Origin: a virus
Lineage: Duplodnaviria > Caudoviricetes
DNA: 64,000 bases
Reading direction: 5' to 3' (one strand)
IMG/VR virus record: IMGVR_UViG_3300044682_000021
Span: 96-64,095 of that record
The notes under the pieces were generated by a model. The model did not search any database. It had not been told where the DNA came from and saw only the letters and a list, made by a program, of their open reading frames with translations. This document shows, piece after piece, positions 29,563 through 38,866 of this stretch (within the stretch, counting starts at the first letter, position 1; the number at the start of each line of letters is the position of its first letter). The position numbers were made by a program, and so were the translations under genes.

Positions 29563-29874
29563 TCAGGCCGGCGGAACCGGCGGTGCTGCGGGCTCGGCGG
29601 GTTTCCCGGCGGCCATGACCTTCTTTTGTAGTTCCTGCGCCAGATCATTGATCTTAGTTACGATGGGCACCGCGCCCGGAATCAGGTCGCCCAATTGGCG
29701 GAACGACTGTACGCCCTGGATGACCAGCTTGATGCCGCGGGCCACTTTGTCGTCAGCCTCCGGCGGCGCGGGGGAGGGCGACGCGGATGGCGGCGGAGGC
29801 GCGGGCGTCGAGGGCGCACCGCTTGGCGGTGGTGGCACCGTCGAGAGTCCGCCGCCCATGCCGAGCGATCCCAT
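29563..29874 (-). CDS. Pro-rich hypothetical head-module protein
   Basis: TAATG coupling to the upstream ORF. Confidence 0.6.
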   Translation of the reverse strand: MGSLGMGGGLSTVPPPPSGAPSTPAPPPPSASPSPAPPEADDKVARGIKLVIQGVQSFRQLGDLIPGAVPIVTKINDLAQELQKKVMAAGKPAEPAAPPVPPA

Positions 29875-30032
29875 TAGAGAGACTTCCTCGCCATCTTGGG
29901 CGCTTTCGCGTGACCCTTGGCGTGCATTTCCTTCATGTCGGAGTGGAGCTTGAGGCCGGGACCACGCTTGCCGTGGTTGCCGATCTTGGTTCCGGTGATA
30001 GCGGATTTGCCGCCCTTACGACCGTATGCCAT
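29874..30032 (-). CDS. Small basic peptide (52 aa)
   Basis: MAYGRKGGKS...KMARKSL with GAGGT RBS. Confidence 0.6.
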   Translation of the reverse strand: MAYGRKGGKSAITGTKIGNHGKRGPGLKLHSDMKEMHAKGHAKAPKMARKSL

Positions 30033-30166
30033 TCGAGTGACCTCGCTGCGGCGGTGTAGCCGCTGGTGCAATGTGAAGGGGTGGGTCACGGTGCCCGCCC
30101 CTGACCTCGGTTGATCCTGACTCGGAGACAGGCACACGACCCATCGTTTTCCGGGTAGGAGCGGCG

Positions 30167-30223
30167 TTATTTCTTGTGTTTCTTGCGTTTCTCGCGATAC
30201 TCACGTGCGCTCAGGCTCAGCAT
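30167..30223 (-). CDS. Possible 18-aa basic leader peptide
   Basis: Manual: MLSLSAREYREKRKKHKK after GGAAGGGGG. Confidence 0.4.
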   Translation of the reverse strand: MLSLSAREYREKRKKHKK

Positions 30224-30359
30224 AATGTTGTACCCCCTTCCTAAAAGTTGAAAGGCCCACCGAACCAAGGAATACGATCCAAGGTCCGATGAGCCTTCTT
30301 GGTGCGTCGTCTGCGAACCGTGTCGCAGGCAAAGCCAACAAAGTAACTCGTCAGTTCAC

Positions 30360-30389
30360 ATTTAACTCATATTGCGGATTACGTGTCAA
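30360..30389 (-). promoter_or_regulatory. Sigma70-like promoter for the head operon
   Basis: TTGACA-18 nt-TTAAAT on the minus strand, ahead of a structured leader. Confidence 0.5.
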
Positions 30390-30681
30390 GTAAATTCGCA
30401 TCGCCACCCACGTCAACGCACTCGTTGTTCTCGAATTCCGCCGACGCCGCACAGCCGCGAGTGAGGTTTATGGTGAGGCGTCCGGTGGCGCGTTCGCTGA
30501 CAAGGACGCACAGAACGTCGATCACGAAGCCCGCGAGTTCGCGGCGGTAGCGCAACCAGCGGCGGGTGCGGCGGTAGAAGTCGTCGGCGATGCCGATGTC
30601 GAGGGCAGAAGGTGGTGCCACGCTAGACGACACGACCGCCTCCCTCGGATTCGGAGATATTGTGAAGGTAAAATGGCGCAT
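30379..30681 (-). CDS. Hypothetical protein (true start uncertain)
   Basis: Open frame between the HNH gene and the head promoter. Confidence 0.4.
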   Translation of the reverse strand: MRHFTFTISPNPREAVVSSSVAPPSALDIGIADDFYRRTRRWLRYRRELAGFVIDVLCVLVSERATGRLTINLTRGCAASAEFENNECVDVGGDANLLDT

Positions 30682-31126
30682 CCTTCCATGAAATTCCTCT
30701 TCGTATGTCGGATACGGTTTTGAAACTTACGCCACATAAAGCTGCGGTGAGCCTCTGAGGAAGGTTCATGCTGTCTAGATCGTAAATCAAAGCAGCAAAC
30801 GGAAGAGTGAGTGTGGTTGTAGATCGGCCACGGACGTTCTCTTTAAGAGACACGAAGCGGCAGTTAGAGGGACAATAGTTTCCGTCAATGTCGATACGAT
30901 CTATTTGAAGGCCATCTCTCCACCCGTTAGTCAACGCCCACTCGAAAAACTTTCTACGGTCGTTTAGCCACTCGTCGCATATCCGTATTCCTCGGCCTCC
31001 ATAGCGATGATAATTTATGTCACGTGCGTAATAACAGCGACCCCGCATAGACATGAAAACCATGTAGAGTTGGTGGTTACGCATCCCGTGTTTCGGGTGA
31101 GATCGCTTGGGATACTTCAAAGTCAT
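30623..31126 (-). CDS. HNH homing endonuclease
   Basis: MRGRC, YGGRGIRICDEW, IDRIDIDGNYCPSNCRF; lower GC. Confidence 0.9.
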   Translation of the reverse strand: MTLKYPKRSHPKHGMRNHQLYMVFMSMRGRCYYARDINYHRYGGRGIRICDEWLNDRRKFFEWALTNGWRDGLQIDRIDIDGNYCPSNCRFVSLKENVRGRSTTTLTLPFAALIYDLDSMNLPQRLTAALCGVSFKTVSDIRRGISWKDAPFYLHNISESEGGGRVV

Positions 31127-33160
31127 TCAGACTACCTTTCCCCCGCCCGGACTCTCGCTCACAAATGACCGACCGTTCGGCTTCTGCTTCAACTCAGGCT
31201 GCTGCTGGCCGGAGGGCGGCGTGCCCTCCTGCTGCTTGCCACCCGCGCCCGCGCCTGCGGGATTCATCTCGCCCTGCTCGGTGAGCGACATGCCGAGTTC
31301 CTTCATCCGCGCCGCGAAGATCAGGTTCTCCTCCTGCTCTTTCTTGAACTTCTCGCGCACCGTGGAGCCTTCGATGGTGCCGTAGTTGGGCACGTTGCAG
31401 GCGTCGGCGATGGTCTGCGAATCGATCTGGATGCCAGCTTTCTTGAGCTGGACCAACAGGAGGCGCTGTGCCATTTGCGTGATCTCGTGCAAGGATCGCG
31501 GCGTGATGAGGAACCGCAGCGTGGACGCGAATATCCGCGCCCGCTCGATCATCCCCGTCGGCGACGGCTTGGGCTTGTCCCCCGTGCCGGGGTCTTCGCT
31601 GGGCAGGTGCGAGGGTATCATCCGCGTGGGATCGTAGTCGAATGTCTCCCGCGTCATGTTGTCCTCGCCCACCACCTGCATGAAGCGGGCGGGGGAGACG
31701 TACTGGAGGAGCAGGAATTTCACCTGCGATGCGATTTCGCGGATGGGCGGCTCCATTGAGCGCGACATATCCTCGACGATGGGGCCGGCGGATTCGAGTA
31801 ACTTCTGAAGGTCGTCGCCCGCCATGCGTGCCTTCGCCAGATTCTGGATATCGTGGATGCCGTGCTGCGAATCCATCGCGTCCTTCAGCAACTCGTAGAA
31901 CTTGAGCGTCGATTCCTGCGTGACGTAGACCTCGGGAGGAACCGGGATCTCGAACGCCTTGGTCGCCTGCGTCCCGTCGAACCCGGCGCGCATTCGCGGC
32001 TGCATGGGGTCGAACTGCTGCGCCTCCTTCTTGGTCACGGCGTTGATGTCGTAGGCGAGAGGGAGGTCCATCTTGGCGCGTTCCTTGTCCATCGTGCCGC
32101 GTTCGAGTTCGGTCATCGCCTGTTGGAGGTCGAAGCCATCGCGCACCATCGAGTAGCCAAGAGGTTCCCACGGCCACTTGTCGAGGCAGAAGGGGACGCC
32201 GGGGAAGCGCCCGTGCCAGTCGAACGACGTGTTGTCGTACATCAGGCAGGACTCCGACGAGATCAGCAATCGGCGGCGTGGATACAGCAACTCTCCGGGC
32301 TTCACGGTATAGGCCCATGAGGTATCCGGCTCGCCCATCGGGATGTCGCGGTCGGTGGTGTTACGAGTGAGGTCGATGACGTAGGTGTAGCGGATCGGGA
32401 TCATCAGGTCCGCGATGCCCGGTGTGTATTGCGAGGGGGATTTGCCGAAGCCGCCGAACATGCGCTGCCAGATGTTGCCCGTGGCGGACTTGCGGATTTC
32501 GTTCGAGTACCAATAGAGCGAGGAGGTGGGCCGCAGCCACTCCTGATGCTTGTGGAACATGGAGTGCGCCATGTAGATCGGCATCTCGTCGAGGATGGTC
32601 ATGGCGTAGGCCTGCTGGAAGTCGCCGCTGGTGGGGAGCTGGCAGGGCAGAATGCAGGGCGCGCCGTAGGTAAGAAGGCGGACTTGGCCCTCGCCTTGGC
32701 CGCCCATGTCGCGGGAGTAGACGGGGCGGACCCAGCCGGTGCAGGTGGTCGAGGCCCACGCGAGGGCTTCGCGGATGGCGAGGTCGGCGGAGGTTTCGAG
32801 CCACCACGCGCGGGTGTAGAGGTTGAACATCTGGGCGGAAGCGGCGTAGGCAGGATTGTCGGAGGCGTAGCCCCACAGCGGGCGGAGTTTCGCGAGCGTG
32901 CCGACGACCTCGCGGACGTTGCGCTTCAGATGGTTGGAGTTGAGGCGGGAGCGGTACTTGGCGGGCTGGGGGCCGCTAGAGCGCCCGGCGATGGTGTCGA
33001 TGGCCGCCTTGAAATCTTCCGTGCCGCGCTGGGACTTGAGCCACGCCTGACCGGATTCGGTGCATTCGTTGAGCCAGCCGAGGCGGCGTTCGGGTGGCGT
33101 GGCGGCGGGTGGCACCTGCCACTCGTGAAGGCGTCCGTCGCGGCGTTGCTCGTCGCTCAT
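31127..33160 (-). CDS. Portal protein
   Basis: 677 aa, between TerL and the head genes; helical with Gln/Gly-rich C-terminus. Confidence 0.7.
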   Translation of the reverse strand: MSDEQRRDGRLHEWQVPPAATPPERRLGWLNECTESGQAWLKSQRGTEDFKAAIDTIAGRSSGPQPAKYRSRLNSNHLKRNVREVVGTLAKLRPLWGYASDNPAYAASAQMFNLYTRAWWLETSADLAIREALAWASTTCTGWVRPVYSRDMGGQGEGQVRLLTYGAPCILPCQLPTSGDFQQAYAMTILDEMPIYMAHSMFHKHQEWLRPTSSLYWYSNEIRKSATGNIWQRMFGGFGKSPSQYTPGIADLMIPIRYTYVIDLTRNTTDRDIPMGEPDTSWAYTVKPGELLYPRRRLLISSESCLMYDNTSFDWHGRFPGVPFCLDKWPWEPLGYSMVRDGFDLQQAMTELERGTMDKERAKMDLPLAYDINAVTKKEAQQFDPMQPRMRAGFDGTQATKAFEIPVPPEVYVTQESTLKFYELLKDAMDSQHGIHDIQNLAKARMAGDDLQKLLESAGPIVEDMSRSMEPPIREIASQVKFLLLQYVSPARFMQVVGEDNMTRETFDYDPTRMIPSHLPSEDPGTGDKPKPSPTGMIERARIFASTLRFLITPRSLHEITQMAQRLLLVQLKKAGIQIDSQTIADACNVPNYGTIEGSTVREKFKKEQEENLIFAARMKELGMSLTEQGEMNPAGAGAGGKQQEGTPPSGQQQPELKQKPNGRSFVSESPGGGKVV

Positions 33161-33573
33161 AGTGCCTCGCCAAGGAGTTCTTCTGCGTTGCGGGGCTTGT
33201 CGTTCTCTCTCATCTCCAAATAAGCTACGTCGCAGGTGAAGCGCGACCGATACTTCTCCCGTTTATCTTCTCGAAGACGAATATACTCCCGCAGGAACTC
33301 GCGCTCGTACTCCGAGGTGGCAGCACTGGCGATGCGGGCGGTAAGGCTGGAGCGGGTCCGTTCGCGGGCTTCGACGAACGCCTGCTCGTCGCGCATCAGC
33401 TCCTGCTGGCAGCGGGCGTAGGTGGCCGCCTGCAACCGGCGCTGGAGGGCGTCTACTTCGGCGAGCGTGTTGGCTTCGCGGCGTTCATATTGCGGTGGGC
33501 AGGGGGTATCGTCGGTAGGTGGGAGGCTGACTTCGCCAGTCGCGGACTCGAAGTAAACGAGATGAATCGCCAT
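33157..33573 (-). CDS. Hypothetical protein
   Basis: GGAGG RBS; ATGA coupling to the portal gene. Confidence 0.6.
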   Translation of the reverse strand: MAIHLVYFESATGEVSLPPTDDTPCPPQYERREANTLAEVDALQRRLQAATYARCQQELMRDEQAFVEARERTRSSLTARIASAATSEYEREFLREYIRLREDKREKYRSRFTCDVAYLEMRENDKPRNAEELLGEAL

Positions 33574-33598
33574 CGTGCCTCCTGCGGACACTATACCA

Positions 33599-35854
33599 TT
33601 AGAGGTCGTAAATGTTGATCGGCAAATATCCGTCCACCGACCGCGACGGCACTACCATCCCCGGCGACGGCTTGAGGTCCAGCGGCGGCAGCGCATTCGC
33701 CCCGGCGTCGCCCATGAACCGTTTCTTCGACCGCTCCGTCATCGTCTGCTTGCCGCGCACGATCTCGATGGAGATGGCGGAGGCGAAGATCCCGTCGTCG
33801 TGCTCGCCGTCCTCGTGCTCCTGCTTTACCTTGCCGCTGGCCGTGGAGTGGGACTCGAAGTGTTCGCATTCGTGCAGCGTCCACGGGGAGTTGAGCTCGT
33901 ACCAGCCGTTCTCGATGGCATGGATGAAGGAGGACATCAGGATAGGGCGGGACCAGCCGAAGGTGTACCATCCGAGTTTGTTCGACTTCGTGGACTTGGC
34001 GTTGTCGTAGCGCGCGAACCGGAATATCCGCTGGTATCCCATCTGGCGCATCTGCACCAGGCACACGTCGCCGACCGACGCGACCACTTCCGGCGCGACC
34101 AGCGGCTGGCGGTGCAAGGGATTGTCCTTCATGGCGGAGGCGTAGTAGGCCGCGATGGCCATGACGAAGGCGAACGCCTGCACGTGGGAGACGTAGCAGG
34201 AGCGGAACTCGGCGGCCTGGAGGTCGGGCATTCCGGGCCGGGGCGCGATCTCGGTGACGACGATGACCGTAGAGTCCTGTCCCTTGCCCTCGCCGGAGTC
34301 GATGCCGATGGAGTAGTCGGCACCGGGCCGCGGCGGGTGCCACACGAAGAACTTGCCTTGCGCGTAGTCCCAGAAGGCATCGGGATTGGACTTGCGCCAG
34401 CCTTCGACGCGGGCGGAGTCGTGGCGCAGGGGGATCAGCTCCCAGTTGTAGGCGTTGCCCTTGGGGGAGCGGAAGATGACGGGGACGCGCGACGTGGGAC
34501 GACCGGGATCGCCGTAGTCGATGTCGTCGGGGTCGGGCTCGTAGTCGTCTTCGATGGACTGGCCGGAGATGCCGTAGACGGACACGTCGCGCTTGCGGTC
34601 GCGGTCCACGCGGGCCATCACGTCGTAGCCGAAGACGGATTCGCTGGAGCGCTGGAGGGCTTCGATGTCGTCGCCGGCCATTTCTTGGAAGAACGTGGCT
34701 TCGAGTCCCTTGGCCTTCGCCTCCTCATGCTCCACCTCCCAGAAGTAGACTTGCTCCAGCGGCATCCGACCGTCGGCCCACCATCCCTGCTTCAGCGGCC
34801 CTAGCTCAGGATGTGGCTTACACAGATGCCGCCGGATCATGTCGTGCGTGCGGACGTAGAGTTCCGCCTTCGCCACTTGCTCCTTCGTGTCAGGCAGGAG
34901 GTTGGCGGCGAAGTCCGGCGGGACGGGGTGGGCGCGCAGCCATGCGGCCTTGGGATAGATGTCCAGTCCGGTGAACCACGGCAGGAACTGTGGGCACAGC
35001 CGCGCCTTGCCGAGGGCATAGTTGGCTTTCGAGGAGCGCCAGGTGTCGGGCCACCATCCTTGGTCGCCCTCGCCGGAAGATTCGAGAATACCGAACACGG
35101 AAGGGGATGCGTGGACGGCCTTGAACAGCGCCGCCTCGATCTGCTCGCTGGCGTTTGAGAACGAGGCGCACTCGGAGAGGTGATAGACGGTCGGCGTGGC
35201 ACCACGGGCGATGCCGCTCATCTGGTTGCCGTGCTGCACCGAGACGCCGGAGTTGAGGTAGGCGAATTCCAGCTTGCCCCGGTCGGATTCGACGCGGGCG
35301 GTGTACTGGGGCCGCAGCCACACCGGAAGCATGTCGTAGGCCATCAGGAGTTTCTTAGCCATCATCAGCGACTTCTGCTGGTCGGCGGAGGCGATGACCG
35401 CGTTCACGCCGTAGGAGAATACGATGCGGAGCATGATGAGGAGTTCGACGATGGTGGTCATCCCAAGCTGCCGCGCCTTCAGGATCATGATTTCGATGGC
35501 TACGTCGCGGGATTCGAGGTCCGCGATGATGTTGAACAGGATTTGCTGGGCCACACGCGGCACGAACCGCTTGATGACGCCCTCCTCGTCGATCACGAAG
35601 CAATAGCGGGTGAGCGCGTACATAGCGTCCACCATGACGAGGCAGCGTTCGTTGAGTTGCCACTGGACTTCCCACGGCGCGAGGTTGACGCAGCCACAGG
35701 GCTGGCCGTTCTCGTCGTATTGGTACTTGGCGGAGGCGCGCAGGTGCTCCTCGAAGGCGGCGACTTCGTCGATGGTGTGAGGGACGGGAGTGAAGGAGTA
35801 TACGTCCTCGACCTCGGTGCGGATGCGGGCGGCGACTTTGGTGGGGTGGTACAT
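33599..35854 (-). CDS. terL: Terminase large subunit
   Basis: ILKARQLGMTT Walker A, YHLSE Walker B variant, LESS coupling motif, IGIDSGEG and HDD nuclease motifs. Confidence 0.93.
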   Translation of the reverse strand: MYHPTKVAARIRTEVEDVYSFTPVPHTIDEVAAFEEHLRASAKYQYDENGQPCGCVNLAPWEVQWQLNERCLVMVDAMYALTRYCFVIDEEGVIKRFVPRVAQQILFNIIADLESRDVAIEIMILKARQLGMTTIVELLIMLRIVFSYGVNAVIASADQQKSLMMAKKLLMAYDMLPVWLRPQYTARVESDRGKLEFAYLNSGVSVQHGNQMSGIARGATPTVYHLSECASFSNASEQIEAALFKAVHASPSVFGILESSGEGDQGWWPDTWRSSKANYALGKARLCPQFLPWFTGLDIYPKAAWLRAHPVPPDFAANLLPDTKEQVAKAELYVRTHDMIRRHLCKPHPELGPLKQGWWADGRMPLEQVYFWEVEHEEAKAKGLEATFFQEMAGDDIEALQRSSESVFGYDVMARVDRDRKRDVSVYGISGQSIEDDYEPDPDDIDYGDPGRPTSRVPVIFRSPKGNAYNWELIPLRHDSARVEGWRKSNPDAFWDYAQGKFFVWHPPRPGADYSIGIDSGEGKGQDSTVIVVTEIAPRPGMPDLQAAEFRSCYVSHVQAFAFVMAIAAYYASAMKDNPLHRQPLVAPEVVASVGDVCLVQMRQMGYQRIFRFARYDNAKSTKSNKLGWYTFGWSRPILMSSFIHAIENGWYELNSPWTLHECEHFESHSTASGKVKQEHEDGEHDDGIFASAISIEIVRGKQTMTERSKKRFMGDAGANALPPLDLKPSPGMVVPSRSVDGYLPINIYDL

Positions 35855-35860
35855 CGTCGG

Positions 35861-36004
35861 TCAATCCTGTTGTAATATCTTGCCACACTGAGGCTTACGA
35901 AAGGGACACATCCACAGTCCCTTCCGTATCAGTCGCATCACCATCTCCTTGGTAGCAGTTTTGGTCTGCGCGGCCACACACTGGCGACACAAGCGTACTT
36001 TCAT
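35861..36004 (-). CDS. Small Cys-containing protein (47 aa)
   Basis: Manual: MKVRLCRQC...CPFRKPQCG; ATGA overlap. Confidence 0.45.
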   Translation of the reverse strand: MKVRLCRQCVAAQTKTATKEMVMRLIRKGLWMCPFRKPQCGKILQQD

Positions 36005-36702
36005 TCGTCCGCCTCCTCATAGTCGCCATCGACGGTTACTAGGTCGCGGTCCCGCGCGGGCATGAACGTCGGCACACTCTCACTCGCAGGTGGCAACGCC
36101 TGCTGTTGCCCCGCGACCAGTTGGGCGTTCCGCTGCCGCGCCTCGACGATCCGGCGGATGGTGTCCTCCGGCGCGGGGGCGGCGATGGCAGCGGCCTTGG
36201 CGTCGGCGGTTGCGGTGGCGGTGGCGTTGGTGACGATCGAGATTTGCGCGCCCTTGGCGGCGGGCAGGAAGGCCATGTGCTTGAGGTGGGCCATGCGGTC
36301 CTCGACGCCTAAGGGATTAGCCGCGCACTCCGATGACACGTCCACGATCTCTTCGTGACGCTGGGCCGCCTTCACGACGCCCAACTGTTGCGCCTGCACG
36401 CGGATGGCTTCCGCAATCACGCCGAACAGGCGCGTGGGGGAGATGCCAGCGGCGACCGCGAACGCTTCCAGCGGCAGCACGCGGCGCACGTAGGAGGGGT
36501 AGAGGAGGTTGTCGTAGCGGGCGATGAACTTGCGTGCTTCGGGAGCGTCAGAGGCACGCAGGGCCTCCAGTGCCGCAGGGAGGCCGCCGCGAATCTTGGC
36601 GATCAGGTGCGTGATGCGCGGGGCCTCGGCGACCGTGTTAGGCGGGACGCCCAGCATGTCGTAGGCGAGGGCGCGCTGGCGGGCGATGGGCAGAGGGCTC
36701 AC
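36001..36702 (-). CDS. Candidate terminase small subunit
   Basis: Position upstream of terL; HTH-like EAFAVAAGISPTRLFG; GTGA overlap with the MTase stop. Confidence 0.4.
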   Translation of the reverse strand: MSPLPIARQRALAYDMLGVPPNTVAEAPRITHLIAKIRGGLPAALEALRASDAPEARKFIARYDNLLYPSYVRRVLPLEAFAVAAGISPTRLFGVIAEAIRVQAQQLGVVKAAQRHEEIVDVSSECAANPLGVEDRMAHLKHMAFLPAAKGAQISIVTNATATATADAKAAAIAAPAPEDTIRRIVEARQRNAQLVAGQQQALPPASESVPTFMPARDRDLVTVDGDYEEADE

Positions 36703-37301
36703 GGGAGTTGCCTCGCTATGTATTCGGAGTAGGCTGGCGGGATGGCTTCTCGCGTCTCGTGGCGATTCATCCACCCTACACCCATCTCACGCCCCCACAA
36801 CTTCTCAGGGTCTTGTCGTCCAAACTCAGCATATATGCGAAGGCGACTTTCGTGGTTATGGGGATTAAGAATAGGCTTGGTAACATTGCATCGCGGTCTG
36901 GCGGCGGTCAGCCTAGGAGACTCAAATAGGCGATGGCGATGGATACGCAAGCCAAACATGGTTCCACAAAGCACGAGTGGCTCACGAAGCGGTGCCCCAA
37001 CTACGTTCTCGATTACCCAAGCTGCGGTCGAGGCCATAAGTCTATCGCGCATAGCGTCAATAAGCATAGGTTGTGGTATGGCTAGATGCCTCATAGCAGC
37101 TGAATAAGATTGGCACGGCGGACTCGCCCACACGAAGTCGAATCCATCCAGCGGATAGGTCATCGCGTCGCCAAGGACGAACGTGAACGGATACCTCGGC
37201 TGCGGCTTGATATCCACGCCGATGATTTCCGCGTCAGGCCACGCACGATGCAACCCCATCGCCGCACCGCCGGCCCCTGAAAAAAGATCCAATATTCTCA
37301 T
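36699..37301 (-). CDS. C5-cytosine DNA methyltransferase (short phage type)
   Basis: ILDLFSGAGG, ASPPCQ, IENV, RHRLFE, EAIPPAY. Confidence 0.9.
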   Translation of the reverse strand: MRILDLFSGAGGAAMGLHRAWPDAEIIGVDIKPQPRYPFTFVLGDAMTYPLDGFDFVWASPPCQSYSAAMRHLAIPQPMLIDAMRDRLMASTAAWVIENVVGAPLREPLVLCGTMFGLRIHRHRLFESPRLTAARPRCNVTKPILNPHNHESRLRIYAEFGRQDPEKLWGREMGVGWMNRHETREAIPPAYSEYIARQLP

Positions 37302-37765
37302 GCCCTTGCCTGTGTTAATGTCGTACCCTCTATTTGTCCGGTCAGAGTCAGTTCGTAATGGTGATTCGCGCATAGCAGCCTGAACTCCTTTAGGTGTTTA
37401 AGCACATACCCCGGATGTCGGGGATGGCGGAATGGCCGATTGCGCGTCGTCGGAACATAATCCACATGCAGCCAGTTTCGATTCGATGTCCGACACGAAG
37501 GGACAACACAACCTCCACCAAGAGCCTCTATGATTCGCCGACGCTCCTCTCGGTGTTTCTCTCTCCAAGCACCGGGGTTCTTGGCTAGGCGATTTCCGTT
37601 GTAAGCCTTCATCGCGTCCGGGTGCTGCTGCATCCATAGTTTCGTCTTCTTTTGGCCGGCTTTCTTGGCGCACTTCTGTGAGCAATACTGACGATTGTTG
37701 TCGCCCTGAGTAAAAACGCCAAATGACTTGCTGCATGGCTGGTAACGGCAGGTGCGCGTTTTCAT
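37298..37765 (-). CDS. HNH-like endonuclease with N-terminal Zn finger
   Basis: C..PC..F...YCSQKC; ALGGGC...C...LHVD...RLLCANHH. Confidence 0.7.
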   Translation of the reverse strand: MKTRTCRYQPCSKSFGVFTQGDNNRQYCSQKCAKKAGQKKTKLWMQQHPDAMKAYNGNRLAKNPGAWREKHREERRRIIEALGGGCVVPSCRTSNRNWLHVDYVPTTRNRPFRHPRHPGYVLKHLKEFRLLCANHHYELTLTGQIEGTTLTQARA

Positions 37766-37831
37766 GGGTCCATGATACCACAAAATAAGTCAAACCCGCG
37801 CCGCAGAATAGGTCTAACACTCGTCGAGGAG

Positions 37832-38056
37832 TCACGGCAGCGGCACCTCCTTGAACGGTCGCGGCGCGACGTCTTCCGGGTCAGGCGGGACCTGGGCGCG
37901 GGAGTCGTAGCCCCGGTCGAAGTCGGCTACGGTGGCGACGGAGAAGTCGGGCCGGAGGCGGCGGCGCGGCATGGCGGGCGGGGGCGGGTAGGCGCGGTCG
38001 AGCGCCGCCGCAATCCGCTTCAAGTAGACCAGCGCTCGTGCGAGTCCGAGGGTCAT
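37832..38056 (-). CDS. Hypothetical protein
   Basis: Coupled ORF in the leftward operon. Confidence 0.5.
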   Translation of the reverse strand: MTLGLARALVYLKRIAAALDRAYPPPPAMPRRRLRPDFSVATVADFDRGYDSRAQVPPDPEDVAPRPFKEVPLP

Positions 38057-38574
38057 GCCAATCCTAGCTCCTTCCGCGCTTCCTCACTCAAGTCCTCGAT
38101 CCCCGGCACCTCGTACCCCGCGCCGTCCGTGCCCTCCCACGACTTGCCTGCCACCCGCCGCTCCTGCACATGGCCGTCGTTGTCGCGGGTCAGGATCTCC
38201 ACGGGGAGGTCGTGCTCGATGCGGACGAGGTTGGGAGAGGTGATGTCGCGGTGCAGGGCGTCGGAGGAGACGATGGAGTCGGGCGGTGGTGTCACCAGCG
38301 GCGGCGGCCCCTCCAGCGCGGCTAGGCCCGGCGACTCTGCCACCTGCTGCTGCGACGCGGAGTGCGACGTGACGCGCTCGACCACGGGCGCGGGGACGGA
38401 AGGGTTGCCGAGGTGGAGCGTGACGCGGATGTCGTAGGCGACGCGCTGGTAGGCGACGTGGGGGGACAGGTAGCCGTTCGACGACAGGATGCGGTGCAGG
38501 TCGTTCTCGATCACCTGCGCGAGGTCAGGGCCGCTGAGGGCCTTATTGAGTATCAGTTCCGAGTGCGTTGGCAT
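38053..38574 (-). CDS. Hypothetical protein
   Basis: GAGG RBS; GC3-biased coding. Confidence 0.6.
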   Translation of the reverse strand: MPTHSELILNKALSGPDLAQVIENDLHRILSSNGYLSPHVAYQRVAYDIRVTLHLGNPSVPAPVVERVTSHSASQQQVAESPGLAALEGPPPLVTPPPDSIVSSDALHRDITSPNLVRIEHDLPVEILTRDNDGHVQERRVAGKSWEGTDGAGYEVPGIEDLSEEARKELGLA

Positions 38575-38866
38575 TCTGTGTTCCTCTCTTGGTGCGGCTG
38601 CGGTCAGTATACAACTCGGCGCGGGCCATCAACTCCAGCCGAGGCACGCGGGGATCGTCGAGGTTCAGCCGGCGGATGGCGCGCATGGGGATGCCGCGGG
38701 CTACGAGGGCCAGTATCCACTCGCGGTGGGCGCGTTCCAGCCCCAAGGGCGCGCGGTCGCCCCACCGGACGAGCACCCGACCGTCCCACTCGTGCCAGCG
38801 GGCGGTGATGGCGCGCTCGGTGGCGGGAGGGACGGAGACGAGGTGGGTGGGGGAGGTGGCGATCAT
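38543..38866 (-). CDS. Hypothetical protein
   Basis: Open frame in the operon. Confidence 0.4.
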   Translation of the reverse strand: MIATSPTHLVSVPPATERAITARWHEWDGRVLVRWGDRAPLGLERAHREWILALVARGIPMRAIRRLNLDDPRVPRLELMARAELYTDRSRTKRGTQNANALGTDTQ

